Source: Euprymna scolopes
Taxonomy: Eukaryota
Assembly: GCA_053919585.1 (NCBI GenBank)
Contig: CM132795.1
Reading direction: 5' to 3' (one strand)
Length of the DNA stretch: 64,000 nt
Shown here: positions 1 to 10,456 of the stretch, piece by piece
How the letters are laid out: each line of letters begins with the position of its first letter
Position numbering within the stretch: position 1 is the stretch's first letter
The notes under the pieces: generated by a model
What the model was told of the DNA's origin: nothing
The model's database searches: none
What the model saw: the letters and a program-made list of their open reading frames with translations, nothing else
Made by a program: the position numbers and the translations under genes

Positions 1-572
1 CCAAGGGGCTGCCCAGATATTTTTTCATTTTATTTTTTTTTTGCATCCAGAAAGCTCTTTCACTAGGGCGCTGGAATTCAAATCCCACTTTTCTGACCTT
101 GTGTCAAATCTTTCCACCGTCGGAGGGAGATAAACGTAAAGTCATAAAATCCAGCCTTTTAACGTAGCTATACTTATGTATGTTATAATGAAAGTGCAAC
201 GAATGTAATCAATATTCATATTTATATCTTATTTGTTAATGTGCTGCTACTAATTTGTTAATGTGTTGCATTATTAATTTATTTTATATAAATTGTCATT
301 CAGTAAGAAATTTAGCTTAATCAAACCTCCACATTTTATCCATTACTTTATATATATATATATTATCGAGCTTAAATTAAAACATCTTCAATAATTATGT
401 GTACAAATACAACTGAGAATTTCGTGGAATTTTCGTTTGATGTTAAGCACACGAATTGAAATGGAAAGTTACTTGCAGTTACGATAGAAAACAGTTCTTG
501 CTGTGAATGCCTCATAAACCAGAGATTGCGGGTCAGTGGAGCACCTTTTATAGAAATATCGAGAAGACAAAG

Positions 573-925
573 CCTAACAAGGTTATTTCTGTGAGAAAAG
601 GATTTAAGAGTACAAAAAAGATCATTCCACTAGATTACGAAGTCGATTTTGTACTCTGTCAAAGCAAGAAATAGTCCTCTGGGTGACATTTACCAGCAAT
701 GTTCTATTTACTTTCTGAAGCAATAGATTGATCTAATCATTTTTTCAGCAACCTTTCCAACAGATTGGATGTACATCTTACATTTTAGATCTGGAATGAA
801 AGTCAGTCCTGGATAGAGTAGAGAGAGACTAGCAATGTCTCTTCTGTAAGAAAAAATTTGTAATGGAGACAAAAGATCATCCCACTAGCTTTGAAAGTCG
901 ATTTTGTACCATGTAAAGGCACGAA
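573..925 (+). repeat. Degenerate local direct repeat (~95 bp, two copies ~255 bp apart)
   Basis: AAAAGATCATTCCACTAGATTACGAAGTCGATTTTGTAC (~616-654) vs AAAAGATCATCCCACTAGCTTTGAAAGTCGATTTTGTAC (~871-909), with weaker similarity extending upstream. Confidence 0.65.
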
Positions 926-1149
926 AATCTGCTCAGATCGCAACAGCTGTATACCATTGATTTCTCGTTTGCGGCGATCATTGGTCTTCACTGGAAGTTG
1001 GGTACCTATAAGCCTCCCCAAAGTCCAAGTTTTTTTTTTTTTGCACTCGTCAACGGAGGTCTGGTTAGTGCTTTCTCTTGTCGGTCTGTCCATATTCCTT
1101 AATCCTCATTTATTTGGTATAGTGCCAGTTTATGATGATACACACACAA

Positions 1150-2656
1150 AAAAAATGGAGAGGTGATACCTTACAATTATACAGTTGATGCCATGTAATG
1201 TTCCTTTGCTTTTTACATCTGTAGTTGTTTCTGCGTGTCCAATTTGTGTTCGTGTGTGTTAGTCTCCACATTCAAGGGTTTTCCTTAATATTTCTGCAGT
1301 TTTCATTATTGTTATCTGGCATATCTTTTCAGTCATCCCTCTGATTCTAATCTGTTCCGTGGTTTTTTTTTTTTCAAAGTTTGTTGGTATCGTTCCTAGC
1401 GCCACATAATTGGTGGTGTTATCTACTTTCTTCATTTTCCAGACCCCTTTGAGCTCTCTGGTAAGTTTCGTGTATTTGCTCCAATCTACGTGTCCTTCAT
1501 CTTCACTCTGTGGTCTGCTGAAACGATAAAATCTACAATCTGGCAGGATTTTTCCTTCTTGTTAACTATTATGATATCCGGCTTTCTTACTTGGATGGAC
1601 ATCCGTTTGTATATACATGTCCATAAAATCTTGTGGCTCCTTTTCTAGTACTGCTGCCGGTTTGTGTTTGTACCATTTGTCTGGGTGTTCAAGATGTAAT
1701 CGCCTACATAATTGCCAATGTGCTGCCTTTCACACTTGATCGTGTCTATTTTTATATTGGGGTGGGCTAGTTTTCTGCATTCACTTATTATGTGGTTTAT
1801 TGTTTCGCCTCTTTGTCCACAGAGTCTGCATTTGCTGTTTTCTTGTGTTTTATCGATTCTTGCTTTGATATGGTTGGTTCTTATCGAGTTATCTTGTGCT
1901 ACAGTTATTAGAGATTCAGTTTCCCTGTTTAAGTTTTCGTTTTTGTAGCCATTTCCAAGTGCATTCATCATCCTTATGAATCGTCCGTGTTTTTCTTTCC
2001 CCGTCTTACTCCTTGTCTCGTTTTCTATTTTGTTTCTTTCTTTCATGTCTCTTGCTGTAGTAATTATTTTCACAGTGTTCTGCATTATGTATTTTCTAGT
2101 TCCTGTTTGTGTTATTTACACAGTCTTCTGTAAAAACCAGACCTATTCCTCTGTCTTTCCTTTTCACATTTAGTCATTCACTATCATTCTTTGGGTGTAA
2201 TGCATTGTGCATTGTCATGAGTTTCCTGGTCTTCTGATCGAGATTCTTTAGTTCTTTTTTTTTTCTTTCTGGTCCGGCTTATAAACGGTCCAGTGTATCT
2301 TCTAGTGACACTGCCCACGTGTTTATTCCTTTAATTAAATTTCTACTATATAGTTTAGTTTCGAGGAGTTTTCTAGCTCTTCTGAGGTAATACTTTTCAA
2401 TTTTCTCTTTCATTTCTGTTGCTTGGATGGTGTCTCCTCTTAGTAAGCGGTGTACATTTTTCCATACCGAATTCCATTTGGATATCCTGCTTAAAGATTT
2501 TGGTCGTGTTTATCGGCGTCTCTGGTTCTGGCTTTGATTTTGCAAATAGTTTCAGCTCATCCATGGACATTAGGCGGTCCATTCTATATTAGTGAACTTA
2601 TATCCGGTTTGACATTTTCTTAGTATATTGTTCAGGGGCATCATGACTGTAATGAA
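1150..2656 (-). mobile_element. 5'-truncated, decayed R4/Dong-like non-LTR retrotransposon (RT C-terminal half, CCHC zinc knuckle, restriction-like endonuclease)
   Basis: Minus-strand translation gives the RT motif region RLMSMDELKLFAK...MEFGMEKC, then ETESLITVAQDNSIRTN, the zinc knuckle CRLCGQRGETINHIISEC, RHD after a frameshift, and the RLE motif RKPDIIIVNKK, ending TAEILRKTLE. Several stops and frameshifts; the left boundary is approximate. Confidence 0.85.
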
Positions 2657-2659
2657 GTG

Positions 2660-2660
<1 letters not shown>

Positions 2661-2709
<49 letters not shown>

Positions 2710-2729
2710 CATTATTATTATTATTATTA
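2661..2729. repeat. (TTA)n microsatellite
   Basis: Directly visible; abuts the 5'-truncated end of the R4/Dong-like LINE. Confidence 0.95.
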
Positions 2730-3023
2730 CTATAAACGCTAATATACCAGCTGGTATATATATATGTAAATGCTTGTGGGAGTGGCTGCCTATGGTGCGT
2801 GTATCTATTCTTTCGTTTGTTTACGATCTATTTGTTCAGGCAGCTGTTGATTTATAGTAAATTAGCCTCATCTCGACTAAATCATCAACAACGTTCGCCA
2901 GGCACCGGCTTTGTTTAGACTATCAGTACTGAAAGCAAAATTACAAAATAAAACACAAGTTCAAAGGACAAAAAAATAAACATGCGTAACAACAAACGCG
3001 GTAAACAAAGAAAGATAAATACG

Positions 3024-3025
3024 TA

Positions 3026-3092
<67 letters not shown>
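3024..3092. repeat. (TAA)n microsatellite
   Basis: Directly visible. Confidence 0.95.
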
Positions 3093-3095
<3 letters not shown>

Positions 3096-3267
3096 TACCA
3101 GGATAATTAATGTAATTCCTTGAGACATCTTCTTTTCGTTGGTTTATCTTTTTTCTTTTCTTTTTTTTTTCTTTTGCTGTCGTTGTTTTTTGTTTGTTTT
3201 TGTTTATTTCTTTGGGTTTCATGTCGAACGGCATCACATTGTATGAATTTCATGACATTTAGAAAGG

Positions 3268-3490
3268 TTTCTTCTTCTTCTTCTTCTTCTTCTTCTTCTT
3301 CTTCTGTCTTTTTCTTCTTTTTTTTCTTTTTCGGTTTCTTTTTTTTCCAGTTCTTGTTTTTCTTTTTCTTTTTTTTTCTATTTTCTCAGTTTTGTTGCTC
3401 TTCTTCTTCTTTGTTTTTTCTGATTTCTCATTTTTTTTTCTTTTTCTTTATCTACTTCTAATTGTCTCCTTTCTTTCTTTTTATTTGTTT
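3268..3490. repeat. (TTC)n microsatellite decaying into a T/C-rich low-complexity tract
   Basis: Directly visible. Confidence 0.9.
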
Positions 3491-3569
3491 TCGTCCATTT
3501 TTCATTATTAATTCGTAAAAATCAGAAGGCAAATTTATTTTATTTATTTAAATATTTATTATTTAGACC

Positions 3570-3890
3570 ATTCAGAAACATCTTTTTGATACAACGTTTC
3601 CGTTGATTTAACCTCCGACCTTTTTAAAGTTCATCACGGTAAATTTAAGTCTATACTTAATTTCGAACGAAAACCTTTATTTAACTCACTGACGTAGCTT
3701 GTTCTCCTTCCGTCAGCCATAAACAAGTAGGAGTCATAAGTAATTCATAATTGCATTCTTAGTATCGCTCGTACAGAGAATTAGACTCTCAACTCCTTGA
3801 TGGCTCTCATTTAAAAATGATTATTACATAGCACTTATACCCGGTCATTATGGACTTTCATTAGAAGTAGCATTCTAATCGTCTAATCAG
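3570..3890 (-). mobile_element. Decayed dispersed repeat, possibly a Penelope-like terminal repeat
   Basis: Minus strand reads ...AAAAAGGTCGGAGG...CGGAAACGTTGT, resembling the CTGAAGAAGG...CGAAACGTTG motif of Penelope-type terminal repeats. A related fragment (TTGTTACAACGTT) lies at ~6330-6390. Recognised from memory only. Confidence 0.35.
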
Positions 3891-3899
3891 AGAAAAGTT

Positions 3900-4436
3900 T
3901 ATAATCCATGATTATACAGTTATTACAAAATCTATAATCTGTGACTAAAAACAAGTTAAAATTAGATATTAAATAACGAATAACATTAACGAATATCATG
4001 TCTTCGAATGTTTGAATCTGTGATTATAAGGTTATTATACAAATTACAATCTGTTATTAAAATATTATAAGATTATTGTAAAATATATAATCTGTGAATC
4101 TATGATCATAAGATTATTATATAATCTATAATCTCTGATTGTAAGAATTATAAAATTATAAGATTATTATAGAATCTATAATCTGTAGCTATAAGATTAT
4201 AAGATTATTGCAGTACTTATAATCTGTGATTAGGTTATAAGCTTATTATAAAATCTAAAATCCGTGATTATTAGAATTATAAGATTATTATAGAATCTAT
4301 AATCTGCGATTATATGATTATAAGATTATTATAGAATCTATAATCCGGAATTTTATGATTATAAGATTATAAGGTTATTATAGAATCTATAATCGGTGAT
4401 TAAATGATTATTATAGAATCTATAATCTGTTAATAT
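3900..4436. repeat. Degenerate AT-rich minisatellite built from ATAAGATT / GATTATTATAGAATCTATAATCTG modules
   Basis: GATTATTATAGAATCTATAATC recurs at ~4162, 4283, 4325, 4375 and 4406, with diverged copies upstream. Confidence 0.85.
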
Positions 4437-4450
4437 AAGATTCCAAGATT

Positions 4451-4480
4451 ACTAGCAGAACTACCCAGCGTTGCTCAGGA
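4451..4480 (-). mobile_element. Helitron-like 3' terminus fragment (hairpin + CTAG)
   Basis: ACTAGCAGAACTACCCAGCGTTGCTCAGG parallels the terminus at 11937 (ACTAGCAGTTCAGCCCGGGTTTGCTCGG); on the minus strand a decayed hairpin is followed by CTAG|T. Confidence 0.5.
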
Positions 4481-5135
4481 TCATAAGACAAAAACAAAAG
4501 AAAGTGTTTATTTGTAAATGAAGCAATTCGATAAAATGCTGCCATCATATTTAGGTGCCCCCCACCCCTGCGCTTAGCAGCTGTGATCCAAAATTGATAA
4601 TGGTCGATCAATTAGTTTTTGTGTGTATTTTATTCAAACAAATATTAAACATTTAATGGTGAAATTTTACCGTGGCTTTAATTAAGATCGCATTTAGTAG
4701 TATGCCGCCGGATCGAGCTGAAATAATAACGTTATTATTTTAGAGGAATGCTTTGTTTACTATTCTGTACTTACATATGTTATGAGGACTTATGAAGAAG
4801 ACGGAGACTGATTTTTTATTTAGATAGAATTTTCAGATAAAATCCATTTTTTTAGCATGATTTGTTTATGAAAAGGTTGTACAGATTAGGTAGAAAACTC
4901 CTTCCACTTCCCATGTGTATGTGTGTGGGCGCATACGTAACAGGTTATGCAGGGTGTAGGCCACAGTCGGAGATATTACGTATGATTTAAAAATAGACAA
5001 CGTCCAGTATCCAAAGAATGTAACTTACTAAAAAATAAAAACATATTTTTAAAACCCCAACACAATAAAATTGTGTAAGAAAGAGAAAAAAGATTAAAAT
5101 AAGACAGAAATGAATGTATAATAAAAATAGGAGTT

Positions 5136-5136
<1 letters not shown>

Positions 5137-5166
<30 letters not shown>

Positions 5167-5183
5167 AAGAAGAAGAAGAAGAA
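5137..5183. repeat. (GAA)n microsatellite
   Basis: Directly visible. Confidence 0.95.
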
Positions 5184-6186
5184 ATGTTATCGGAATGTCA
5201 GACACCTGTTCAGCTGATCACACGCACACAAATACACGCATGCACAGACTGTAATAAGAACCCTTAGCAAAGGGAACTACGCACAGTGTGGGAGAGACCG
5301 GCAGATTAAGCCCTTTACACACACTTTGGGCGCTGTAGAATAATAGGGAACAGCTACGAAGCAACTAATAGTAATTTGTATCGTACGTCCGGAAGCACGC
5401 ACACACACACATGACTGTAATCATCTATTCATTAAATGAACTTGACGCCAGGCGAAATAATATGTCTTAGTGACACCATATTTTAATTTAATAACCGTTC
5501 GTTTAAAAAGTGAAGAACCGGACACCGGAATATTAAAATTTTCACAGTTCAGCCAATCAGAATGGGCGGACTTTAGCGGGGGAGACATCATTAATTATGA
5601 ATCGGAAATTGGAAAGATTATGTTAAGTCTCTGTATGTATGAGCCAGTTACGGTCGGTGTAATCACAGAATCTATGGAACGTGCAGAACTCGTCCCGGTG
5701 ACAACTGGTAGCAGTGGTAGGACTAAATATTTAGAGAGAAAAATGGGAACTCCTTCCTCTAACGATGTTGCGATAGTGATGGTGTTGCTAGTAAGATACA
5801 ATGTAGTGTTTTATTATCACGACTGAATGTGTCTAAATGGTGTTCGACAGGTATATATAAAAGTGGCTATTGCCCTAGATGTATTGAATTTGTATGTTGC
5901 AAACACACGATACTTTTGCCCAGAGGGGAATTCTAGCAGCTATTTTATTAATATAGCGATAAGATTATTATTATCTATAATTTGTGACTTTAAAGACATT
6001 TAAATTAGAAAATCACGATATTAAATGTCGAATAATATGAATGAATATCATGTTTCCGAGTTTTTGAGATAAGGAATGATAATTTGTCTATGAAAATGCA
6101 AGAACGATTATTGAAAACTTGTGTTGATGAAATATAAAAATGTATTGAGTCCCAAAAAATAAAGTTTCTTTTTAATACTAGAAAAA

Positions 6187-7242
6187 TGGGTGTGGTACGT
6201 TTCGGCGTCACTGTTTCAGCTTGGCTGATCGGGCGTAGCCGATTCGGCGTGTAGTCGATTCGGAAAAGGAATGGTTCGGCGTCAAATTAGCGCTTTGTTA
6301 TGTTTATATTTTTAAAATTAATTTAGTAGATTGAGATTGTCGGACTGACTTCCTCATCTTGGTTGTTATTGTTACAACGTTACAGACAATTACTATTAAT
6401 TTAGTAAACGAAGATTTTTTTAATAAAATTGAAATAAAATTATTAAAAGAAATGTTTTTAATTTAATTTTAAAAACGAACTTAAAAAATAATTGTTTATT
6501 TAAAAACAAACAACAACACTCAGTCGTCAACAAGATTACATTTTCATATTTTTTTTCTTTATTAAAAACAATTTCAAAATATTTATTTTTAATATTAGTT
6601 TTTCATCCTTAAAAAATTCATTATAAAATAATTAACCAAAAGTTTTTGTAAAACTATGAGTTTTCCTTAAAAATCAGTTAAAATGATACAAACATCAAAA
6701 ACTTCGAACCATGTTTATTTAAAACACAAGAAAAAAACAAACAACACTGAAGTTATGTTTTCATATTTTGTTTCTTAATTAAAAACTGAACTTAAAATAA
6801 CCGTGTTTATATAAAACACCTAATAAAAGCACACAACATTCAGTCGTCAACAACGGGACTATATTTTTATATAGTTTTTATATTTTTTATATAGTTTTTT
6901 TTTTATATATTTTATATAGTTTTTATATAGTTTTTCTTAAGAAAAAGAAAAAACACAACTGAAAATATTTTAAAGTCTTTTGTCCTTTAAAAATTAATTA
7001 GAAAATGATTAACCAAAAAGAGTTTTTCGAAAACATGATTTTTCTTAAAAACAGTGAAGGTGATATTTTTATACTGTTTTTATTAATTAAAAAAAGTTAT
7101 AAAATCTTTATAAAAATGTGGATGGTGTGGTCGACGCCAAATTATTCCTCTGTCGAATCGGCCACGCCGCTGAATCGGCTGAGCCAAATCGGCTGAGCCG
7201 ACCCGACTAAGCCGAAACAGCGACGCTGATACGTCCGATTCA
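6187..7242. mobile_element. Non-autonomous DNA transposon with ~100-bp modular TIRs (foldback/MULE-like MITE)
   Basis: 6195-6285 (GTACGTTTCGGCGTCACTGTTTCAGCTTGG...TTCGGCGTC) is the reverse complement of 7131-7240 (GACGCCAAA...CTAAGCCGAAACAGCGACGCTGATACGT). The TIRs contain ~10-bp TTCGGCG/CCGA subrepeats and the interior is AT-rich with internal direct repeats. Candidate 9-bp TSD: CTAGAAAAA (6178-6186) / TTAGAAAAT (7243-7251). Confidence 0.7.
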
Positions 7243-7555
7243 TTAGAAAATACACGTTTCAGTACAGGTAAAAATGAATCCGCCAAACACAATATTTTTG
7301 CAGAACGTTTACAAATATTACAGTCAAAATAGATTGATATGAAATTTTAAAAATCCATTATATTATTTTGATTCTTGAAAATTCTGAAATCTGACGCTTA
7401 AGTTGAGGTGGCGTTAATTGAAGATGCAATTAAATTAATTTTTTTGTCTTAATAAAAGACGATTGTATCTTTTTTCATTTTTTCTATCTATCTTGCAGTC
7501 TAGCTAGCTAGCTATGAGATTCTCTCACTCTTTCTAAATATATAAATATATATAT

Positions 7556-7564
7556 GTGTGTGTT

Positions 7565-7639
<75 letters not shown>
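7556..7639. repeat. (TG)n microsatellite
   Basis: Directly visible. Confidence 0.95.
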
Positions 7640-7646
<7 letters not shown>

Positions 7647-7745
7647 ACAAAGAGGAAAATTAGTTAAACACAAAAAAAATCATCAGTTCCTGTGTTTAAT
7701 TGTTTTCAACATCATTTAATTTTTTGATATATCACGTATTTTATC

Positions 7746-7748
<3 letters not shown>

Positions 7749-7798
<50 letters not shown>
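7749..7798. repeat. (AT)n microsatellite
   Basis: Directly visible. Confidence 0.95.
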
Positions 7799-7799
<1 letters not shown>

Positions 7800-7801
<2 letters not shown>

Positions 7802-8250
7802 TCCTCGCGCGAAAGCGCAGGACACAAAATGTTTTAAATAATAATAATAATAATAGAATACCAATAACAAAGTCTTTCGCTAGCGAGGACTACTATTGAG
7901 CGTAACCAGTTATACACTCCTTTTGAAATTTTCATCTCTATTTTTTTCGTTATCTACTGAATATTTTTGATGAAACCTATATGAAATATGTTCCTTATTA
8001 AATTGTAAAGATTTTCTATTCTGAAAGAAGTTTTAAAAAAATTAATCTAAAAAAGTTATTTTAAAGTTTTTGTTAAAACTGATTTTCTTATTATTCAGAC
8101 ATGTATGACAAAGAGAGAGTTGCAAAAAAGAGTTGTGGAGTGAGGAGAATTACAAACTGAAACAGAGATATTCAGACCTGTAATAATACAAAGAGGGGGT
8201 TGCAAAAATGAGTTGTGGTGTGAGGAGAAATACAATCTGAAATAGAGAGT
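7800..8250. mobile_element. Possible Helentron/HINE-like non-autonomous element remnant
   Basis: Short GC-rich inverted repeats TAGTCCTCGC(GCGAAAG) at 7800-7816 and (CTTTCGCTA)GCGAGGACTA at 7874-7892 flank an (AAT)n tract; a ~78-bp tandem duplication follows at ~8096-8250. Confidence 0.35.
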
Positions 8251-8344
8251 AGGAGAGTTTTTATAAATACATACAAAATCACATTCATCTTTTTTTTAAA
8301 TCCAAATTAATAAATTAAATAAAATATAATCTTAAAAAGATAGA

Positions 8345-8651
8345 ATACAAGTTAGAAAAGCATTTCATCCAAGGCATGAAAATTGTTAAACAAAATGTTT
8401 TTACTATAGGCTTTAAAAATAAAGGTACAAGATTCAATTTGAAATTTATTTATCTTCAAAGTGCACTTTTATACATTTTACAAAGTAAGGTATTAAATTT
8501 GCATACCTTACTTTGTAAAATTTATAAAAGTACACTTTGAAGATAAATAAATTTCAAATTGAATCTTGTACCTTTATTTTTAAAGCCTATAGTAAAAACA
8601 TTTTGTTTAACAATTTTCATGCCTTGGATGAAATGCTTTTCTAACTTGTAT
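8345..8651. repeat. Near-perfect palindrome, ~149-bp arms with a 9-nt spacer
   Basis: 8345-8493 is the reverse complement of 8503-8651, with only two mismatches seen near the centre; spacer TAAATTTGC. Confidence 0.95.
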
Positions 8652-8655
8652 ATAT

Positions 8656-9080
8656 TAGTGTTGGGGCAATTCATCGGAATCGGGAATTGGAAAAATCGGA
8701 GCTTTTTCGGGTATCAGAATCGGTATCGGCATCGAAAAAATGTGAGCCTATTTTCCGATGCCAAAACCGATTCCTTAAATTATCTTTTTATTTGATTTTG
8801 GTTTAAGAAACCTCTTCAACTGCTTGTAGTATTAATCAAATCATAAAACTTTCTTGATTTAAACTTCCAGTAAGACTAAAATCTCTAGATCACCCCATCA
8901 TAAGTGTGTTTTTTTATGTTTGAGAAAATATAGGCACATTTAAGATGTGTTTTTACAGTAATCAGGACAAACTAACTTATGCTTAAATATTTAGAGATTT
9001 ATAAAGAATGGGAATCGGAATTTAGTACAGAATCGGTAATTGTATCGGAATTGGGAAATATTGGAATCGTCCCATCACTA
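8656..9080. mobile_element. hAT-like MITE (~425 bp)
   Basis: TIRs TAGTGTTGGGGC (8656) and GTCCCATCACTA (ends 9080; reverse complement TAGTGATGGGAC), with many subterminal (A)ATCGG motifs at both ends. The 8-bp TSD is not well preserved. Confidence 0.65.
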
Positions 9081-9113
9081 ATATGTGTGTGTTTGTGTTC
9101 ATATGTATGTGTG

Positions 9114-9732
9114 NNNNNNNNNNNNNNNNNNNNNNNNNNNNNNNNNNNNNNNNNNNNNNNNNNNNNNNNNNNNNNNNNNNNNNNNNNNNNNNNNNNNNNN
9201 NNNNNNNNNNNNNNNNNNNNNNNNNNNNNNNNNNNNNNNNNNNNNNNNNNNNNNNNNNNNNNNNNNNNNNNNNNNNNNNNNNNNNNNNNNNNNNNNNNNN
9301 NNNNNNNNNNNNNNNNNNNNNNNNNNNNNNNNNNNNNNNNNNNNNNNNNNNNNNNNNNNNNNNNNNNNNNNNNNNNNNNNNNNNNNNNNNNNNNNNNNNN
9401 NNNNNNNNNNNNNGACTCTCAGGTTGCATGAATCTGACATATTCAACATGCCGGCTAATGGCCATCGGGTGAAGTTAGTCAACCTTTAATTTTTGCAGGC
9501 ATTAGTTTTACTCGAACGAACCAGGGTTAGAACAATAATAGATGACTNNNNNNNNNNNNNNNNNNNNNNNNNNNNNNNNNNNNNNNNNNNNNNNNNNNNN
9601 NNNNNNNNNNNNNNNNNNNNNNNNNNNNNNNNNNNNNNNNNNNNNNNNNNNNNNNNNNNNNNNNNNNNNNNNNNNNNNNNNNNNNNNNNNNNNNNNNNNN
9701 NNNNNNNNNNNNNNNNNNNNNNNNNNNNNNNN
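9114..9732. other. Two N-runs (9114-9413, 300 nt; 9548-9732, 185 nt)
   Basis: Directly visible; the outer edges adjoin TG- and GA/GATA-type simple repeats. ORFs spanning them are artefacts. Confidence 0.99.
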
Positions 9733-10041
9733 GACAGAGAGATACATAGATAGAAATATAACACGATAAAAATACACACATGCATAAATATAACTGTATA
9801 ACGGCAGACGCATTAGCAGGTCGATGCAGGTCCATATAGAAATATGGCAACACACACTGACACACACACACACAATTTAGCAACCTGTTCAGCGTTTCCC
9901 TTTCATAAAATATGCTTACATATGATATATTAATTCATACAGATTTCGTAGTTATTGATATAGAGACAATTTTCTATTGATTATTATATTGTACCTAATA
10001 TATAGTCATGATTTCAAAAGTAAAGAAAAACATATATGGGT

Positions 10042-10120
10042 TGGTGCCATCAGCTAGAATCGAAGCAAAAACATTTTAGCGTAACAATCTCATTCCTTAC
10101 CGTGTGAGCTAACAAGAGAC
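10042..10120 (-). pseudogene. tRNA-like relic (tRNA pseudogene or SINE head)
   Basis: Minus strand GTCTCTTGTTAGCTCACACGGTAAGG...TTGTTAC...GCTTCGATTCTAGCTGATGGCACCA has an A-box-like TAGCTCANNNGG, a B-box-like GCTTCGATTC, tRNA-like length and a terminal CCA. The stems are poorly paired. Confidence 0.35.
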
Positions 10121-10214
10121 GGATAGAAAAACCTTAAAAATTTACTGTATAAATGTATATTTGCGCATGCGTAGAAGTAACAAGTTTAGTCTAGTTATGA
10201 GTGCCAAGTTACAA

Positions 10215-10401
10215 TTTTTTTTCGATTTTAACCCGTTACTAACTATTTTTACTGGCTTAAAACTAAATCGAATTTTTTCCACAGGTCCAAACTCCCTATA
10301 TATCAACCTTGAGGTTTGTAAACCAAAAATTGACAGGAGTTTGGTAGAGACCCTTCCGCACACGGATAGATATATACATACAAACACACACATACACACA
10401 C

Positions 10402-10440
<39 letters not shown>
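10215..10440 (-). mobile_element. Fragment of the same Helitron-like family as 11938-12725, ending in (CA)/(GATA)n
   Basis: AAACCAAAAATTGACAGGAGTTTGGTAGAGACC matches the internal repeat unit at 12065-12100, 12355-12390 and 12515-12546. Confidence 0.65.
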
Positions 10441-10456
10441 TGAGGAACCTTATTCG

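Noticed and set aside
2661-3092. (TTA)n ... (TAA)n as terminal inverted repeats of an element
   Set aside because: Simple microsatellites are abundant here, and there is no TSD or other element feature.
2657-5205. Poly-I, poly-L, poly-S and poly-F ORFs
   Set aside because: These are translations of TTA, TAA, TTC and GAA microsatellites.
5470-5826. 118-aa ORF and adjacent CCAAT + GC-box motif (CAGCCAATCAGAATGGGCGGA) as a host gene or promoter
   Set aside because: Non-ATG start, no recognisable domain and no supportable downstream gene. Such motifs are common in invertebrate non-autonomous repeats.
8979-9883. ORFs spanning X residues
   Set aside because: Artefacts of the N-runs.
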